64,000 nucleotides of DNA from an uncultured Candidatus Actinomarina sp. (GTDB taxonomy: Bacteria; Actinomycetota; Acidimicrobiia; Actinomarinales; Actinomarinaceae). Each line of letters begins with the position of its first letter. Positions within the stretch are counted from its first letter, which is position 1. The translations under genes and the position numbers were made by a program. The notes below the pieces were generated by a model. It did not search any database and was not told the DNA's origin. It saw only the letters and a program-made list of their open reading frames with translations. The stretch spans positions 195 through 64,194 of the forward strand of contig CACFFJ010000004.1 of the NCBI GenBank assembly GCA_902565645.1, given 5' to 3'. Shown piece by piece: positions 28,611 to 38,309 of this stretch.

Positions 28611-29094
28611 AAATCTGTGTATTCTTGATATTGAAACAACAGGATTTGAACCTGAAAATTCAGAAATTATTGAGATCTTTATTTTAAAAGTATCAAATAG
28701 TGAAATAATTGATGAATTCTATTCTTTATTTAAGCCTAAAGATCAAATTAATAACTCAGAAATTCATGGCATAACAGATTTGAAAGTAAAGAATGCACCT
28801 TTATTTAAAGATAAAAATGACGAGATAGTTGATTTTATAGGAGATAGTGTAATTATTGGTCATAACTTAGAAAACTTCGATCTACAGTTTTTAAATCATT
28901 ATTTAAATACTGAATTAAAAAATGAATTTATTGATACTTTACATTTAAGTAGGTCTGTATTGGGGAATAAAGTAGCTAATCATAAATTAAACACGTTAGC
29001 TATATATTTTGATGTAAATCCACCAACACATAGTGCAAGGGATGATGTTATGACAACTTTTGAGATTTATAAAAAACTATTATCAATACAATAG
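28591..29094 (+). CDS. DnaQ-like 3'-5' exonuclease (DEDDh)
   Basis: Exo I ILDIETTG, Exo II GHNLENFDLQFL and Exo III HSARDDVMTT motifs. Confidence 0.85.
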   Translation: MSILKNKNLCILDIETTGFEPENSEIIEIFILKVSNSEIIDEFYSLFKPKDQINNSEIHGITDLKVKNAPLFKDKNDEIVDFIGDSVIIGHNLENFDLQFLNHYLNTELKNEFIDTLHLSRSVLGNKVANHKLNTLAIYFDVNPPTHSARDDVMTTFEIYKKLLSIQ

Positions 29095-29098
29095 TCTT

Positions 29099-29695
29099 GT
29101 GAGTAATATTTTTTTTCAAACAGATAGCCTAACTTTAGGATATGGAAATGAAATAGTAATTAATAAACTCAAGTTAAGTCTTGATAAGACAAAGAACTAT
29201 GAAATTACTGGAAAAAATGGTGCTGGAAAAACAACCCTTTTGAACTTTATTTCTAATAACTTTGATGGAAACTCATTTAATTCTAAATACACAAAAGAAG
29301 AATTAGATATCTTAGAGATATCACACACACCTACCCTTTTGCCTAACCTAACACTTAGTGAAAATGCTATTTACTTTACAAGTTCTAAAAATATTGATGC
29401 TGAAATAATTGAATCTGCAATCGAAAAATATGACTTAGGAAGTTACAAAACAGATGAGTTGAAAAATTTTTCTAGTGGAATGATAAAAAGAGCTGAGTTA
29501 GCTATAGCGGAAATGAAAGAACCTCATATTTTATGTATAGATGAACCTCTGAATTATTTGGACAAACAAGGTATTAATCATTTAAAGACACTAATTAATG
29601 AAAGAGCTCAGAACTCTAAAAGTAACATACTATCTTCTCAAGAAACTAGCGGATTACTCAAAAACAAAGAAACGATAAATTTAGATGAAATTTAA
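29099..29695 (+). CDS. ccmA: Heme exporter ATP-binding protein CcmA-like
   Basis: Walker A GKNGAGKTT, signature FSSGMIKR and Walker B ILCIDEP. I placed the start at in-frame GTG 29099, just after the upstream stop. The tracked start is 29060. Confidence 0.75.
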   Translation: MSNIFFQTDSLTLGYGNEIVINKLKLSLDKTKNYEITGKNGAGKTTLLNFISNNFDGNSFNSKYTKEELDILEISHTPTLLPNLTLSENAIYFTSSKNIDAEIIESAIEKYDLGSYKTDELKNFSSGMIKRAELAIAEMKEPHILCIDEPLNYLDKQGINHLKTLINERAQNSKSNILSSQETSGLLKNKETINLDEI

Positions 29696-30326
29696 TAAAT
29701 CTCTAATAAAAAAAGAAACAATAAGTGAGTATAGAAATAATTCTTCCTTATTCTTAATAACTCCAACAATGTGCGTGCTTATTATAGTTTTTCCAATACT
29801 TGCAGAAAATAGGTTCGCAATAGACGAAGACTTATTCATTATTATTCAAATTCTCTTTTTGATACTTTTTTCTACTCTATTTTCTATTAGAAACCCAATA
29901 AATCAAAAGAGCCTTACGAAGGAACTTAACTTTGCTTATATTAAAAAATCTGAATATTTTATTAGCAAAATAACTTCAGAATTCTTAATTTATTTTCCAC
30001 AAATTTTACTTTTCAGTATCTTGTTTTCTGTTTTTACTAATTCAAGTGTTAAAACTAATATCTTTACTTTTATATTAACTTTGATCTTTTTCTCAATTAA
30101 TACGGTTATGGTAAATATAATTTTTCAAATGTTTACCTCATTTAATAATAGGTTTGTTCAATTCATTCTAATTGTTCCAATATACATGGCTTTATCATTT
30201 TTCATCGCACCTATCTGGTTAGGGATAAATCTTCATCTGACTAATATTTACTTACTGATGTATTTAGGAATAACAATAGTTATTTATTCATACACAAGTT
30301 TTTACTTAGAAAGAGGTAAATTATGA
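29685..30326 (+). CDS. ccmB: Putative heme exporter membrane protein CcmB
   Basis: 213 aa with about 6 TM segments. Called mainly from its position between ccmA and ccmC with translational coupling. Confidence 0.55.
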   Translation: MKFNKSLIKKETISEYRNNSSLFLITPTMCVLIIVFPILAENRFAIDEDLFIIIQILFLILFSTLFSIRNPINQKSLTKELNFAYIKKSEYFISKITSEFLIYFPQILLFSILFSVFTNSSVKTNIFTFILTLIFFSINTVMVNIIFQMFTSFNNRFVQFILIVPIYMALSFFIAPIWLGINLHLTNIYLLMYLGITIVIYSYTSFYLERGKL

Positions 30327-30991
30327 TGCTTTATGGACCTTTAGTAGTGTGGATAGCTATTGCAGCTTTAGGGCCATATGATGTTACACAGGGTCAGTAT
30401 TCAAAACTGCTTTATGTTCATGTTCCTACTGTGTGGATAGCTTATTTAGCCTACACATTAACATTTATATATTCTCTTCTTTACTTAATTAAAAGAAATC
30501 CAAAATATGATTCCTTAGCATTAGCAAACGCAAAATCAGGAGTAATATTTACTGCATCAACTTTGGTTGCGGGTTCTGTATGGGGAAAATTTACATGGGG
30601 AACATGGTGGGTCTGGGGAGATGCAAGGCTTAACCTAACAGCTATTCTCCTTTTAGTTTATCTTGGATATTTAGCTTCTAGAAATTTTAATAATGATCTA
30701 GAAAAGACCGCTAAAAACTCTTCATTTATTGGAATATTCGGAGTAATACAACTACCCATACTTCATTTCAGTGTAATTTGGTGGAGATCAGTTCACCAAC
30801 AAGCATCTATATTGAGTCAAGAAACAGTAGCTAGTGGTGATGCACCTATGTCATCAGATATTTTAACTACCCTTTTAATAAGCGTTCTTTTAGTTACTTT
30901 AGTTCATATATTTCTTTCAAAAAGATTTAGAGCGAGTGCTGACAAATTATGGAATGATTATTTAAATCCACAAATCAGGACTAAAATTTAA
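30323..30991 (+). CDS. ccmC: Heme exporter/heme-handling protein CcmC
   Basis: WWD-type motif WGKFTWGTWWVWGDARLN and about 6 TM segments. Confidence 0.88.
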   Translation: MMLYGPLVVWIAIAALGPYDVTQGQYSKLLYVHVPTVWIAYLAYTLTFIYSLLYLIKRNPKYDSLALANAKSGVIFTASTLVAGSVWGKFTWGTWWVWGDARLNLTAILLLVYLGYLASRNFNNDLEKTAKNSSFIGIFGVIQLPILHFSVIWWRSVHQQASILSQETVASGDAPMSSDILTTLLISVLLVTLVHIFLSKRFRASADKLWNDYLNPQIRTKI

Positions 30992-30996
30992 ATTAC

Positions 30997-31404
30997 GTGA
31001 ATAAAAACCTAATTCTTGTCCTCGTGGGCATTGCTTTAGTTATATATGCAAGTGTCCAAATTGCCTCAAATAATACTATATATTATTACACGACTTCTGA
31101 AGCTACTTCAGCCCTTGACGTAGATAACTCAGAAAGAATAAAACTTGGAGGCTTTGTTCAAAATGATTCCATTGAAAATAAAGGGAACGGAGTAACAAGT
31201 TTTTTCATTACTGATGGAAACGAAAAGATTGAAATTATCTTTGATGGTTTTGTTCCAGAATTGTTTCAAGAAGAAATGGGTGTCATTCTTGATGGATTTT
31301 TTAAAGATGGTGTTTTTTATTCTGATGATATGCTTGTTAAGCATGACAATGAATATGTTTCAGAAAATGGAGAGACCTACAATGTAAAAACTAATTCAAA
31401 ATGA
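30997..31404 (+). CDS. ccmE: Cytochrome c-type biogenesis heme chaperone CcmE
   Basis: N-terminal TM anchor, OB-fold region (IKLGGFV) and heme-binding H-x-x-x-Y (VKHDNEY). GTG start. Confidence 0.88.
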   Translation: MNKNLILVLVGIALVIYASVQIASNNTIYYYTTSEATSALDVDNSERIKLGGFVQNDSIENKGNGVTSFFITDGNEKIEIIFDGFVPELFQEEMGVILDGFFKDGVFYSDDMLVKHDNEYVSENGETYNVKTNSK

Positions 31405-33287
31405 TATCAAATATAGGCATAATTGTTACGTGGATAAGTTTTGTAAACTTAATTTTTTTATTATTTTCAAAGTCGAATTTGCAAATACATAAGTTAGTTA
31501 GATTAAATCTATTTATTCATTTTATTTTGTTTTGTTTATTAGAAATTGGACTTTTTATAGACGATTTTTCAATTAGTTATATTGCAAATTATTCAGCATC
31601 TACTACCCCACCAATTTATAAATTTGCTTCGCTATGGGGATCTTTAGATGGCTCTATACTTCTTTGGAATTTTGTTCTTAGTATTTATTTCTTGGTATAT
31701 ATTAAATATTTTCACAAAAAAGAATTACTTGTTGGTATCAAAATTTTTTCATCGATTTTAATTTTCTTTGTGGGATATACAATATTCAGCTCTTCACCAT
31801 TTGCTGGATGTATAGAGCTTTCAAGCATCGGTTGTGCTAACTCTTCACTTTTACCATTTGAAAACTTATTATCATCTGAATACGGAAGGGGGCCAAATCC
31901 TTTACTTCAAAATCATCCTTTAATGGCAATCCATCCTCCAATTTTATACGCTGGCTATATAGGTTTGGTAATGCCATTTGTAATATCAACAAGTCACTTG
32001 ATTATGAAAAAAAATAATAATGAATGGGTAGAAATGGCTGAGAAAGCTACATTTTTTCCATGGATTTTTCTAACCGCTGGTATTTCACTAGGTGCTGCTT
32101 GGTCATATGAAGTTTTAGGTTGGGGTGGATATTGGGCATGGGATCCAGTTGAAAATGTCTCATTTATTCCTTGGCTTCTAGCAACAGCTTTTCTTCATTC
32201 TGCTAAAACACAAATTAGAGAATCTACATTAATAAATTGGAACTACTCCTTATCTTGTTTGATGTTTCTATCAACTATATTTGGTACTTTTATTACTAGA
32301 TCTGGTGTTCTTATTTCTGTACATGCCTTTTCAAATGGAAATATTGGAACATATTTATTAATCGGATTATCAATTTTTACAGCTTTTTACTTATTAGTGG
32401 GTTCAAAAAATACACAATATTTTTTAACAGCAAAAAAATTAAATAACTGGTTTGGAAGATCAGGATTTTTCATCGCCAATAATATAGTCCTTTTTTCAGC
32501 AACAATCGTAGTTTTTGTGGGTACAGTGTATCCAATTTTTTATGAAACTTTATATGATAGACAATTAACTATAGGTAGGAGTTTTTATGATACTTTAGTT
32601 GGACCCTTGCTACTTATTCTTCTTTTATTAATTGTATTTTCAGAAAAACTACCTAACAAAAACTTAAATTTATCTGAGTGGATTAAAGGTAATCAGAAAG
32701 AAATTAACATTTCACTAGTTATTTCAATTGCAATGTCTTTATATTATGAAGCAAGTTATAAATTTATTTTTACTATATTTGCATCAACAGTCTTGGTAAT
32801 TATCTTAAGTAAAAATTTATTATCTTATATAAAAAAAGGAAAAATATCTGGTTCTTACTGGTCAGGACAAATTGCACATATTGGCATTGGTATATTCGCA
32901 ATTGGTTTAATTTTGAATGTAACTCAAAGTTACTCTAAAGAAGTTATCACGAGTCCAGGATCAACTATAGAATTTGGTGGCAAAAACTATTCAATAAATC
33001 AACCATACAAAGAATCAAAAGATGAAAAGGATGTTATAAATTTACCAATTGCAAAAAATAATAAAATTAAAAATGCTTCATTAAACATATTTAAGAACTC
33101 AAGCCAACAAGCTATTAGTAGCCCAGCAATATTTAGAAATATTGAAAGTGATACTTATGTAACTATCAAAGTTATTGATGAAGAGTATTTTAAATTAATA
33201 ATAAGAAAGAACTATGGGATATTCATTATCTGGCTTGGTTTGGCAATGACTACTTTTTCAATTTATCCAAGGATTAGAAATGAATAA
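31401..33287 (+). CDS. ccmF: Cytochrome c heme lyase subunit CcmF
   Basis: 628 aa polytopic protein with WWD motif WGGYWAWDPVEN. Confidence 0.92.
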   Translation: MISNIGIIVTWISFVNLIFLLFSKSNLQIHKLVRLNLFIHFILFCLLEIGLFIDDFSISYIANYSASTTPPIYKFASLWGSLDGSILLWNFVLSIYFLVYIKYFHKKELLVGIKIFSSILIFFVGYTIFSSSPFAGCIELSSIGCANSSLLPFENLLSSEYGRGPNPLLQNHPLMAIHPPILYAGYIGLVMPFVISTSHLIMKKNNNEWVEMAEKATFFPWIFLTAGISLGAAWSYEVLGWGGYWAWDPVENVSFIPWLLATAFLHSAKTQIRESTLINWNYSLSCLMFLSTIFGTFITRSGVLISVHAFSNGNIGTYLLIGLSIFTAFYLLVGSKNTQYFLTAKKLNNWFGRSGFFIANNIVLFSATIVVFVGTVYPIFYETLYDRQLTIGRSFYDTLVGPLLLILLLLIVFSEKLPNKNLNLSEWIKGNQKEINISLVISIAMSLYYEASYKFIFTIFASTVLVIILSKNLLSYIKKGKISGSYWSGQIAHIGIGIFAIGLILNVTQSYSKEVITSPGSTIEFGGKNYSINQPYKESKDEKDVINLPIAKNNKIKNASLNIFKNSSQQAISSPAIFRNIESDTYVTIKVIDEEYFKLIIRKNYGIFIIWLGLAMTTFSIYPRIRNE

Positions 33288-33633
33288 ACTAATAACTATT
33301 ACTTTGTTAATTCTTTTATTAGCAATTCCTTTAATTAATCAGGATAAAGATACAAGATATGAAAATTGGAGTAGTAATATTTTATGCCCTGTTTGTCAAG
33401 GTGAGACTATTTATGATTCACCATCTGAGTATGCAGAGGATATGAGAATTATATTAAGAGAACAAATAGACAGTGGACTAACTGATGATGAAATTTACAA
33501 CTATTGGGTAATTAGATATGGGGAAAGAATAATAACAAACCCCCAAAGAAGAAACCTTGAAATGATCGTTTTGCCTATCATCTTGATTTCATTATTTATT
33601 CTTGGGTTTATGAGGAGCACAAAAGATGAATAA
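33280..33633 (+). CDS. ccmH: Cytochrome c-type biogenesis protein CcmH/CycL
   Basis: Signal/TM segment, redox motif CPVCQGETIYDS and a C-terminal TM segment. Confidence 0.85.
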   Translation: MNKLITITLLILLLAIPLINQDKDTRYENWSSNILCPVCQGETIYDSPSEYAEDMRIILREQIDSGLTDDEIYNYWVIRYGERIITNPQRRNLEMIVLPIILISLFILGFMRSTKDE

Positions 33634-34156
33634 ATGGATTCTATCTTCAGCAGCTATATTGCTTTTTTTCATAATTCTGTTTATTAACTTAAACAATAAT
33701 TCAGAATCAATTACAAGAACTAATACTGATTTAGATAACGTTACAAATGAAGAAATGGAGAAAGTAATAACTGATAATCCAGATATATATCCTATGAGAA
33801 TTGCTCTTGCTAATAGATATTTCGATGAAATTAACTATTCAAATGCTTTGCCTCACTATATGTATGTAGCAGAAAATAGTAACGATAATGAACTAAAGAG
33901 TTTTGCCCTTTCACAAATTGCATGGATGGTATTTGAGTCAAACAACAGAGAGGTTGCAATAGACTACTTACGAGAGGCTTTAAGGATTAATGAAAACTCA
34001 ATTATAGCTAAATCCTATCTAGGAATTATATATCTACAAGACCCAACGACAAGAAGTGAGGGGGAAGAGCTTTTGAACGAAGTTTTATCATCTAATAAAC
34101 TTAGTTCTGAAGATAGGAATTTTGTAAAAGATTTGGTGAGTCAATATGAAAGTTAA
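33626..34156 (+). CDS. TPR-repeat protein, CcmI/CycH-like
   Basis: N-terminal TM segment followed by TPR-like repeats. Position directly after ccmH. Confidence 0.55.
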   Translation: MNKWILSSAAILLFFIILFINLNNNSESITRTNTDLDNVTNEEMEKVITDNPDIYPMRIALANRYFDEINYSNALPHYMYVAENSNDNELKSFALSQIAWMVFESNNREVAIDYLREALRINENSIIAKSYLGIIYLQDPTTRSEGEELLNEVLSSNKLSSEDRNFVKDLVSQYES

Positions 34157-34622
34157 AATTATCTCTTTATTCTTCTTGTTATCTATGTGTTCAGCAAATA
34201 CTGTAGAGAAAAGCTATATAGAAGTTAGCGATAATGATTTTTTAAATTTAAGAACAATCCAAAATAATGAAAAAATTTCAATTGACTCTGACTTAGTAAT
34301 TGTAAATTTTTGGGCATCTTGGTGTTTAGAGTGTATAGAAGAACACGAACTATTAATTTCACTATCTGAAATACCAGAGCTTAAAAATAAAATTTTGTTG
34401 GTTAGTTTTCAAGATAGCGAAGATAACGCAATAAGTTTCTTAAATAAATATGGCTATGGTGAAATTACCTACGTAATGGATGAAAATAGTAAGTTTTCAA
34501 TTAATTCTGGTGTTTTTGGAGTTCCAGAGACACATATAATTAAAAACAACAAAATAATAAAGAAATACATTGGTCCTTTAACTTTTAAAAATTTTCAAGA
34601 AATTATAGATTTATATTCATAA
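34146..34622 (+). CDS. ccmG: Thiol:disulfide oxidoreductase, TlpA/CcmG/ResA family
   Basis: Signal peptide and thioredoxin-fold active site FWASWCLEC. Confidence 0.8.
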   Translation: MKVKIISLFFLLSMCSANTVEKSYIEVSDNDFLNLRTIQNNEKISIDSDLVIVNFWASWCLECIEEHELLISLSEIPELKNKILLVSFQDSEDNAISFLNKYGYGEITYVMDENSKFSINSGVFGVPETHIIKNNKIIKKYIGPLTFKNFQEIIDLYS

Positions 34623-34650
34623 CTCTTAAAAGTTGTATTAAAGTTTAAAT

Positions 34651-34978
34651 GTGGGATGGATAATCGCGATTTATCGAGGAAAGTCCGGACTTCGTAGAGC
34701 AGAGAGCTGGGTAACTCCCAGGCAAGAAATTGACGGAAAGTGCAACAGAAAATATACCGCTTACATATGTAAGTAAGGGTGAAAAGGTAGAGTAAGAGAC
34801 TACCAGTGATTTAAGTGATTAAATCAGCTTGTAAACCCCTCTCGAAGCAATACCAAGAAGCAATTAGCTTGCTCGGCTAAAAATTGCGGGTAGGTAGCTA
34901 GATATATTTGGTAACAAATATACAAGATGGATGATTATCTTACACATTGTGTAAACAGAATCCGGCTTATAGTCTCAT
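34651..34978 (+). ncRNA. rnpB: RNase P RNA (bacterial type A), compact
   Basis: Universal GAGGAAAGTCCGG (P4 5' strand) and ACAGAATCCGGCTTA (P4 3' strand). P1 (GTGGGAT / AGTCTCAT, with G-U pairs) and P2 (GATAATC / GATTATC) pairings are present. Confidence 0.9.
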
Positions 34979-34986
34979 AAAAACTT

Positions 34987-35009
34987 GGGTGCCTCTTTTT
35001 GAGGCACCC
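34987..35009 (+). terminator. GC-rich hairpin 8 nt after rnpB
   Basis: GGGTGCCTC-TTTTT-GAGGCACCC, a 9-bp perfect stem. There is no U-tract on the plus strand; the T-rich tract follows only on the minus strand. Confidence 0.4.
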
Positions 35010-35041
35010 ACCTTAAAATCCAACAATGTTAATCTAAATTC

Positions 35042-36022
35042 ATGACAAAATTTTCATATTTCTTAGGATCTGAGCAATGGCAACCTGAAGAATTAATAAA
35101 TCACGCAAAATTAGCTAAGGAAGTTGGTTTTGACATGGTAACAATATCGGAACATTTCCATCCGTGGGTTGATGATTACTCAGCTTCAAATTTCACTTGG
35201 TCGACTCTAGGAGCACTAGCTGTAACTACACCTGATCTAGATCTGGGAACAGGGGTTACAACACCATTATGGAGGATGCATCCAGGAGTTGTTGCTCAAG
35301 CATCTGCAACTATTGACCGTTTATCCCAGTCAACTTTTCACTTGGGTGTTGGAACTGGTGAGAATATAAATGAAGGACCACTAGGTTATGAATTTCCAAA
35401 ATATGATGAGCGTGCAAGTAGGATGCGTGAATCATTAGAAATTATAAGAAGACTTTTATCTGGTGAAAAATTAAATTATGAAGGTGAATTTTATCAAACT
35501 AATCAAGCAAAACTATATTCACCACCACAGAAATACATTCCTATTTGGATGGCAGCAGGTGGCCCTAAATCTGCAAATTTAGCTGCTGAATATGCAGACG
35601 GCGTAATGATAAGCGTTAAAGACCCCAAAGATGCTTATGAAAAAGTTATTGATCCAGCAAAGAAAAAAACTGAGGAACTTAATAAAGACAGTTTAAGAAT
35701 CCATACGTATAGATGGACTATGTTTGCAAAAGATGATGATGACGCTTGGGAAGCATTAAAATCCTGGAGAGGATTAAGGGCTCCAAATAGACTTCAAGAG
35801 ATAGACCCAGCAGAATTAAGAGAAACAGCGGATAGCTTGCCAAAAGAAGAAATAATGTCGAAATTCTCAAGAGCAACAACTATTGAAGAGTTAAAAGAAA
35901 TTTATCATCCTTTAGTTAATGATTTTGAATCTGAGATAGTTACAATACAAATTTCTTCAACTAATCAAGAGGAGACTATAAAACTACTCGGTAAAGAACT
36001 TCTCCCTATCTTGAAAAAATAA
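35042..36022 (+). CDS. Luciferase-like (LLM class) oxidoreductase, F420-dependent glucose-6-phosphate dehydrogenase-like
   Basis: The N-terminus ...GSEQWQPEELINHAKLAKEVGFDMVTISEHFHPW resembles the actinobacterial FGD/LLM family. Central motif LGVGTGENINE. Confidence 0.75.
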   Translation: MTKFSYFLGSEQWQPEELINHAKLAKEVGFDMVTISEHFHPWVDDYSASNFTWSTLGALAVTTPDLDLGTGVTTPLWRMHPGVVAQASATIDRLSQSTFHLGVGTGENINEGPLGYEFPKYDERASRMRESLEIIRRLLSGEKLNYEGEFYQTNQAKLYSPPQKYIPIWMAAGGPKSANLAAEYADGVMISVKDPKDAYEKVIDPAKKKTEELNKDSLRIHTYRWTMFAKDDDDAWEALKSWRGLRAPNRLQEIDPAELRETADSLPKEEIMSKFSRATTIEELKEIYHPLVNDFESEIVTIQISSTNQEETIKLLGKELLPILKK

Positions 36023-36023
36023 A

Positions 36024-36749
36024 TTGATTAAGTTATTCATAATTGGTTTTTTGGGTGGAGTTCTTTCAGGAATTTTAGGTATAGGTGGCGGTATAGTCTT
36101 TGTCCCGCTTCTTACTTATTTAACAAAAGAAGATTTCAAAATTAATACAGGTATATCTTCTTTAGCAATAGTATTTGTAGCTAGCTCTAGCGCAATTTCC
36201 TATATCAATAACGGGCTAGAAATTTCTAATTATTTATTGTATTTAATAGCTGGAGCTGTTTTGGGTGGCTATTTAGGTAGCTCTATCTCCAAACTTATAA
36301 CTACAAAAAATCTACAAAGATTGTTCTCTGTTGTTTTATTGTTTGCAGCTTATAGGATGTACTTTGGAACAAATTTTTCTACAAGATTTGAAGAAAACAT
36401 TGTACTGTATATTGTTATTGGAATTCTTTCAGGATTAGGTTCAGGCCTATTGGGTATTGGTGGTGGAATTATAAGAATCCCTTTACTTATATTTTTTGGA
36501 GGCATCGGGAATCTAACCGCACAAGGTATTTCTTTAATAACAGCTATACCAAGCTCAATTGCTGCAGTGATTCCAAAATTAAGAAGAAAGGATTTCATCA
36601 AAAGAGGGGTAATAATTGGAATCTTTGGAATTCTGGGATCAGTTATTGGAAGTAATATAGCTTTTGCTCTTCCTCAAAATATATTGAACTATACATTTGC
36701 TACATTTCTTGTTTTAGTAAGTATCAATATGTTCTTCAGAGAAGATTAA
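36024..36749 (+). CDS. TauE/SafE (TSUP) family anion exporter
   Basis: Two repeated GIGGGI(V/I) motifs and about 8 TM segments. TTG start. Confidence 0.8.
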   Translation: MIKLFIIGFLGGVLSGILGIGGGIVFVPLLTYLTKEDFKINTGISSLAIVFVASSSAISYINNGLEISNYLLYLIAGAVLGGYLGSSISKLITTKNLQRLFSVVLLFAAYRMYFGTNFSTRFEENIVLYIVIGILSGLGSGLLGIGGGIIRIPLLIFFGGIGNLTAQGISLITAIPSSIAAVIPKLRRKDFIKRGVIIGIFGILGSVIGSNIAFALPQNILNYTFATFLVLVSINMFFRED

Positions 36750-37201
36750 ATTAAACCCTCGCTCATTAAACGTTTAAACTTTTCTTTAGAATTCAATTTT
36801 GGTATTAAATATACCAAACCAATCACTTCTTGAATAAATAGGACAGAAAGATTAATAGGTATTCTTTCAGAATTAGGATCAAATTGTAATGGGAAAAATA
36901 GAACTTCTGGTCTAAGCCACATAAAGTCAAATAGTAAATGAAAGAAAATTCCTATACAAACAAGTAATAAGTTTTTTCTTTTTTTTGTATCCCTTTTTGT
37001 AAATATCATTACAAAAATAAGACCAGCTACAGCAAACAAAAGAGTATGGCCTATTTCAGGATTAATTTTTACGAAAGTATTAAATATATTTAAAAACTCT
37101 GGTATAAGAACTCCCACAATCAAGCATCTAAGATCTGCAGAAAAATCTTTAAACACAAATCTAAAAAAAGATATTGAAAGCCCTATATGCCAAAAAAACA
37201 T
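36746..37201 (-). CDS. Hypothetical integral membrane protein
   Basis: 151 aa with 4-5 hydrophobic segments. No confident family assignment. Confidence 0.4.
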   Translation of the reverse strand: MFFWHIGLSISFFRFVFKDFSADLRCLIVGVLIPEFLNIFNTFVKINPEIGHTLLFAVAGLIFVMIFTKRDTKKRKNLLLVCIGIFFHLLFDFMWLRPEVLFFPLQFDPNSERIPINLSVLFIQEVIGLVYLIPKLNSKEKFKRLMSEGLI

Positions 37202-37620
37202 TAACTATCCAGGGCCATGTTTGCTAATTGATCAGCTCTTTTATTTTCTTCTCTATAAACATGTTTAAATTCAATATATTCAAATTCTTTTATCATATTC
37301 TCTACCTGAGAGTTTAAAACTTTAAGGTTTCCTGCCTTGACCTTAAAGTTTTTATTTACTTGCTCAACAACTAAATTTGAATCTAAAAAAACTTCAATCT
37401 CTTTTATAGAATTTTCAATACAGTAATTTAACCCATCAATTAATGCTTGATATTCTGCTTCATTGTTTGTTGCAATCCCTATCTTCCTTGAGATAGTGTG
37501 AATTTCTTTACCATCTAAAGAAATAGAAACACCAATTGATGCATCTCCTGGATTTGATCTTGATGCGCCATCACAAAATATTTGATAAATCAAACTACTA
37601 CTCCGTCGCAATAGTGACAT
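37201..37620 (-). CDS. Ribonuclease H (RNase HI-type, stand-alone domain)
   Basis: IFCDGASRSNPG, NNEAEYQALI and ENKRADQLAN (DEDD core). An alternative TTG start at 37593 forms a TTGA overlap with the upstream stop. Confidence 0.8.
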   Translation of the reverse strand: MSLLRRSSSLIYQIFCDGASRSNPGDASIGVSISLDGKEIHTISRKIGIATNNEAEYQALIDGLNYCIENSIKEIEVFLDSNLVVEQVNKNFKVKAGNLKVLNSQVENMIKEFEYIEFKHVYREENKRADQLANMALDS

Positions 37621-38309
37621 TGTTGAAATTTTGAATCCATAATTTTATCAAGCTCGCTAGAAGTCAAGTCAACTCCACAACAACCACATTGGTTATTTTC
37701 AAGTTTATACGCTGCAATAACATCAACACCTTTATTTTTTAAATCATCATAAAGAGCTTGAATCTCATGCGGAAAGTTTAAAATCATCTCCTTTTTTTTG
37801 GATTCGAATTCAGCTAGTTTAATATCTAATTCTTTCCATTCACCTTGAACTTTTTTTGAGGTTTCAATTAATTCTTTTTTTAGTTCTTCTAATGAATCAT
37901 TAAATTTATTAATTTCATCAAGTTCTTCTTTATTGTCTACCTGAAGTAATTCAATACTTTTATCTATTTTTATCAACTGTTGTTGATTTGATTCCTTTTG
38001 CCTTGTGTAATTTAATAATTCATTTGGGTCTAAAGTGTCCTCTCCAAGTTTTTCGTCAATATTCTGAACTTTTTGTACGATATTTTTTTTGTCTAATTCA
38101 TAACTTTCAATTTCTGCATAATAATCAGAAAGTTGGGTTTTAACTTCTTCGACATTTTTATTTATATCATTAAATTTATTTTCTAAATCTTTTAGCAATT
38201 CTACATTTTCACTTGATTTTTTTTCAGATTCAATTTTATATATCTCATTATCTATCTCTTGTAGATCAATCAAATCACTAAGTAAGAATTGGTCACTCAT
38301 AATTCTCAT
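37590..38309 (-). CDS. Coiled-coil C4 zinc-ribbon protein (COG1579-like)
   Basis: Long coiled-coil region followed by CGCCG...CHYCDG. Sits between Nif3 and RNase H. Confidence 0.7.
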   Translation of the reverse strand: MRIMSDQFLLSDLIDLQEIDNEIYKIESEKKSSENVELLKDLENKFNDINKNVEEVKTQLSDYYAEIESYELDKKNIVQKVQNIDEKLGEDTLDPNELLNYTRQKESNQQQLIKIDKSIELLQVDNKEELDEINKFNDSLEELKKELIETSKKVQGEWKELDIKLAEFESKKKEMILNFPHEIQALYDDLKNKGVDVIAAYKLENNQCGCCGVDLTSSELDKIMDSKFQQCHYCDGVVV

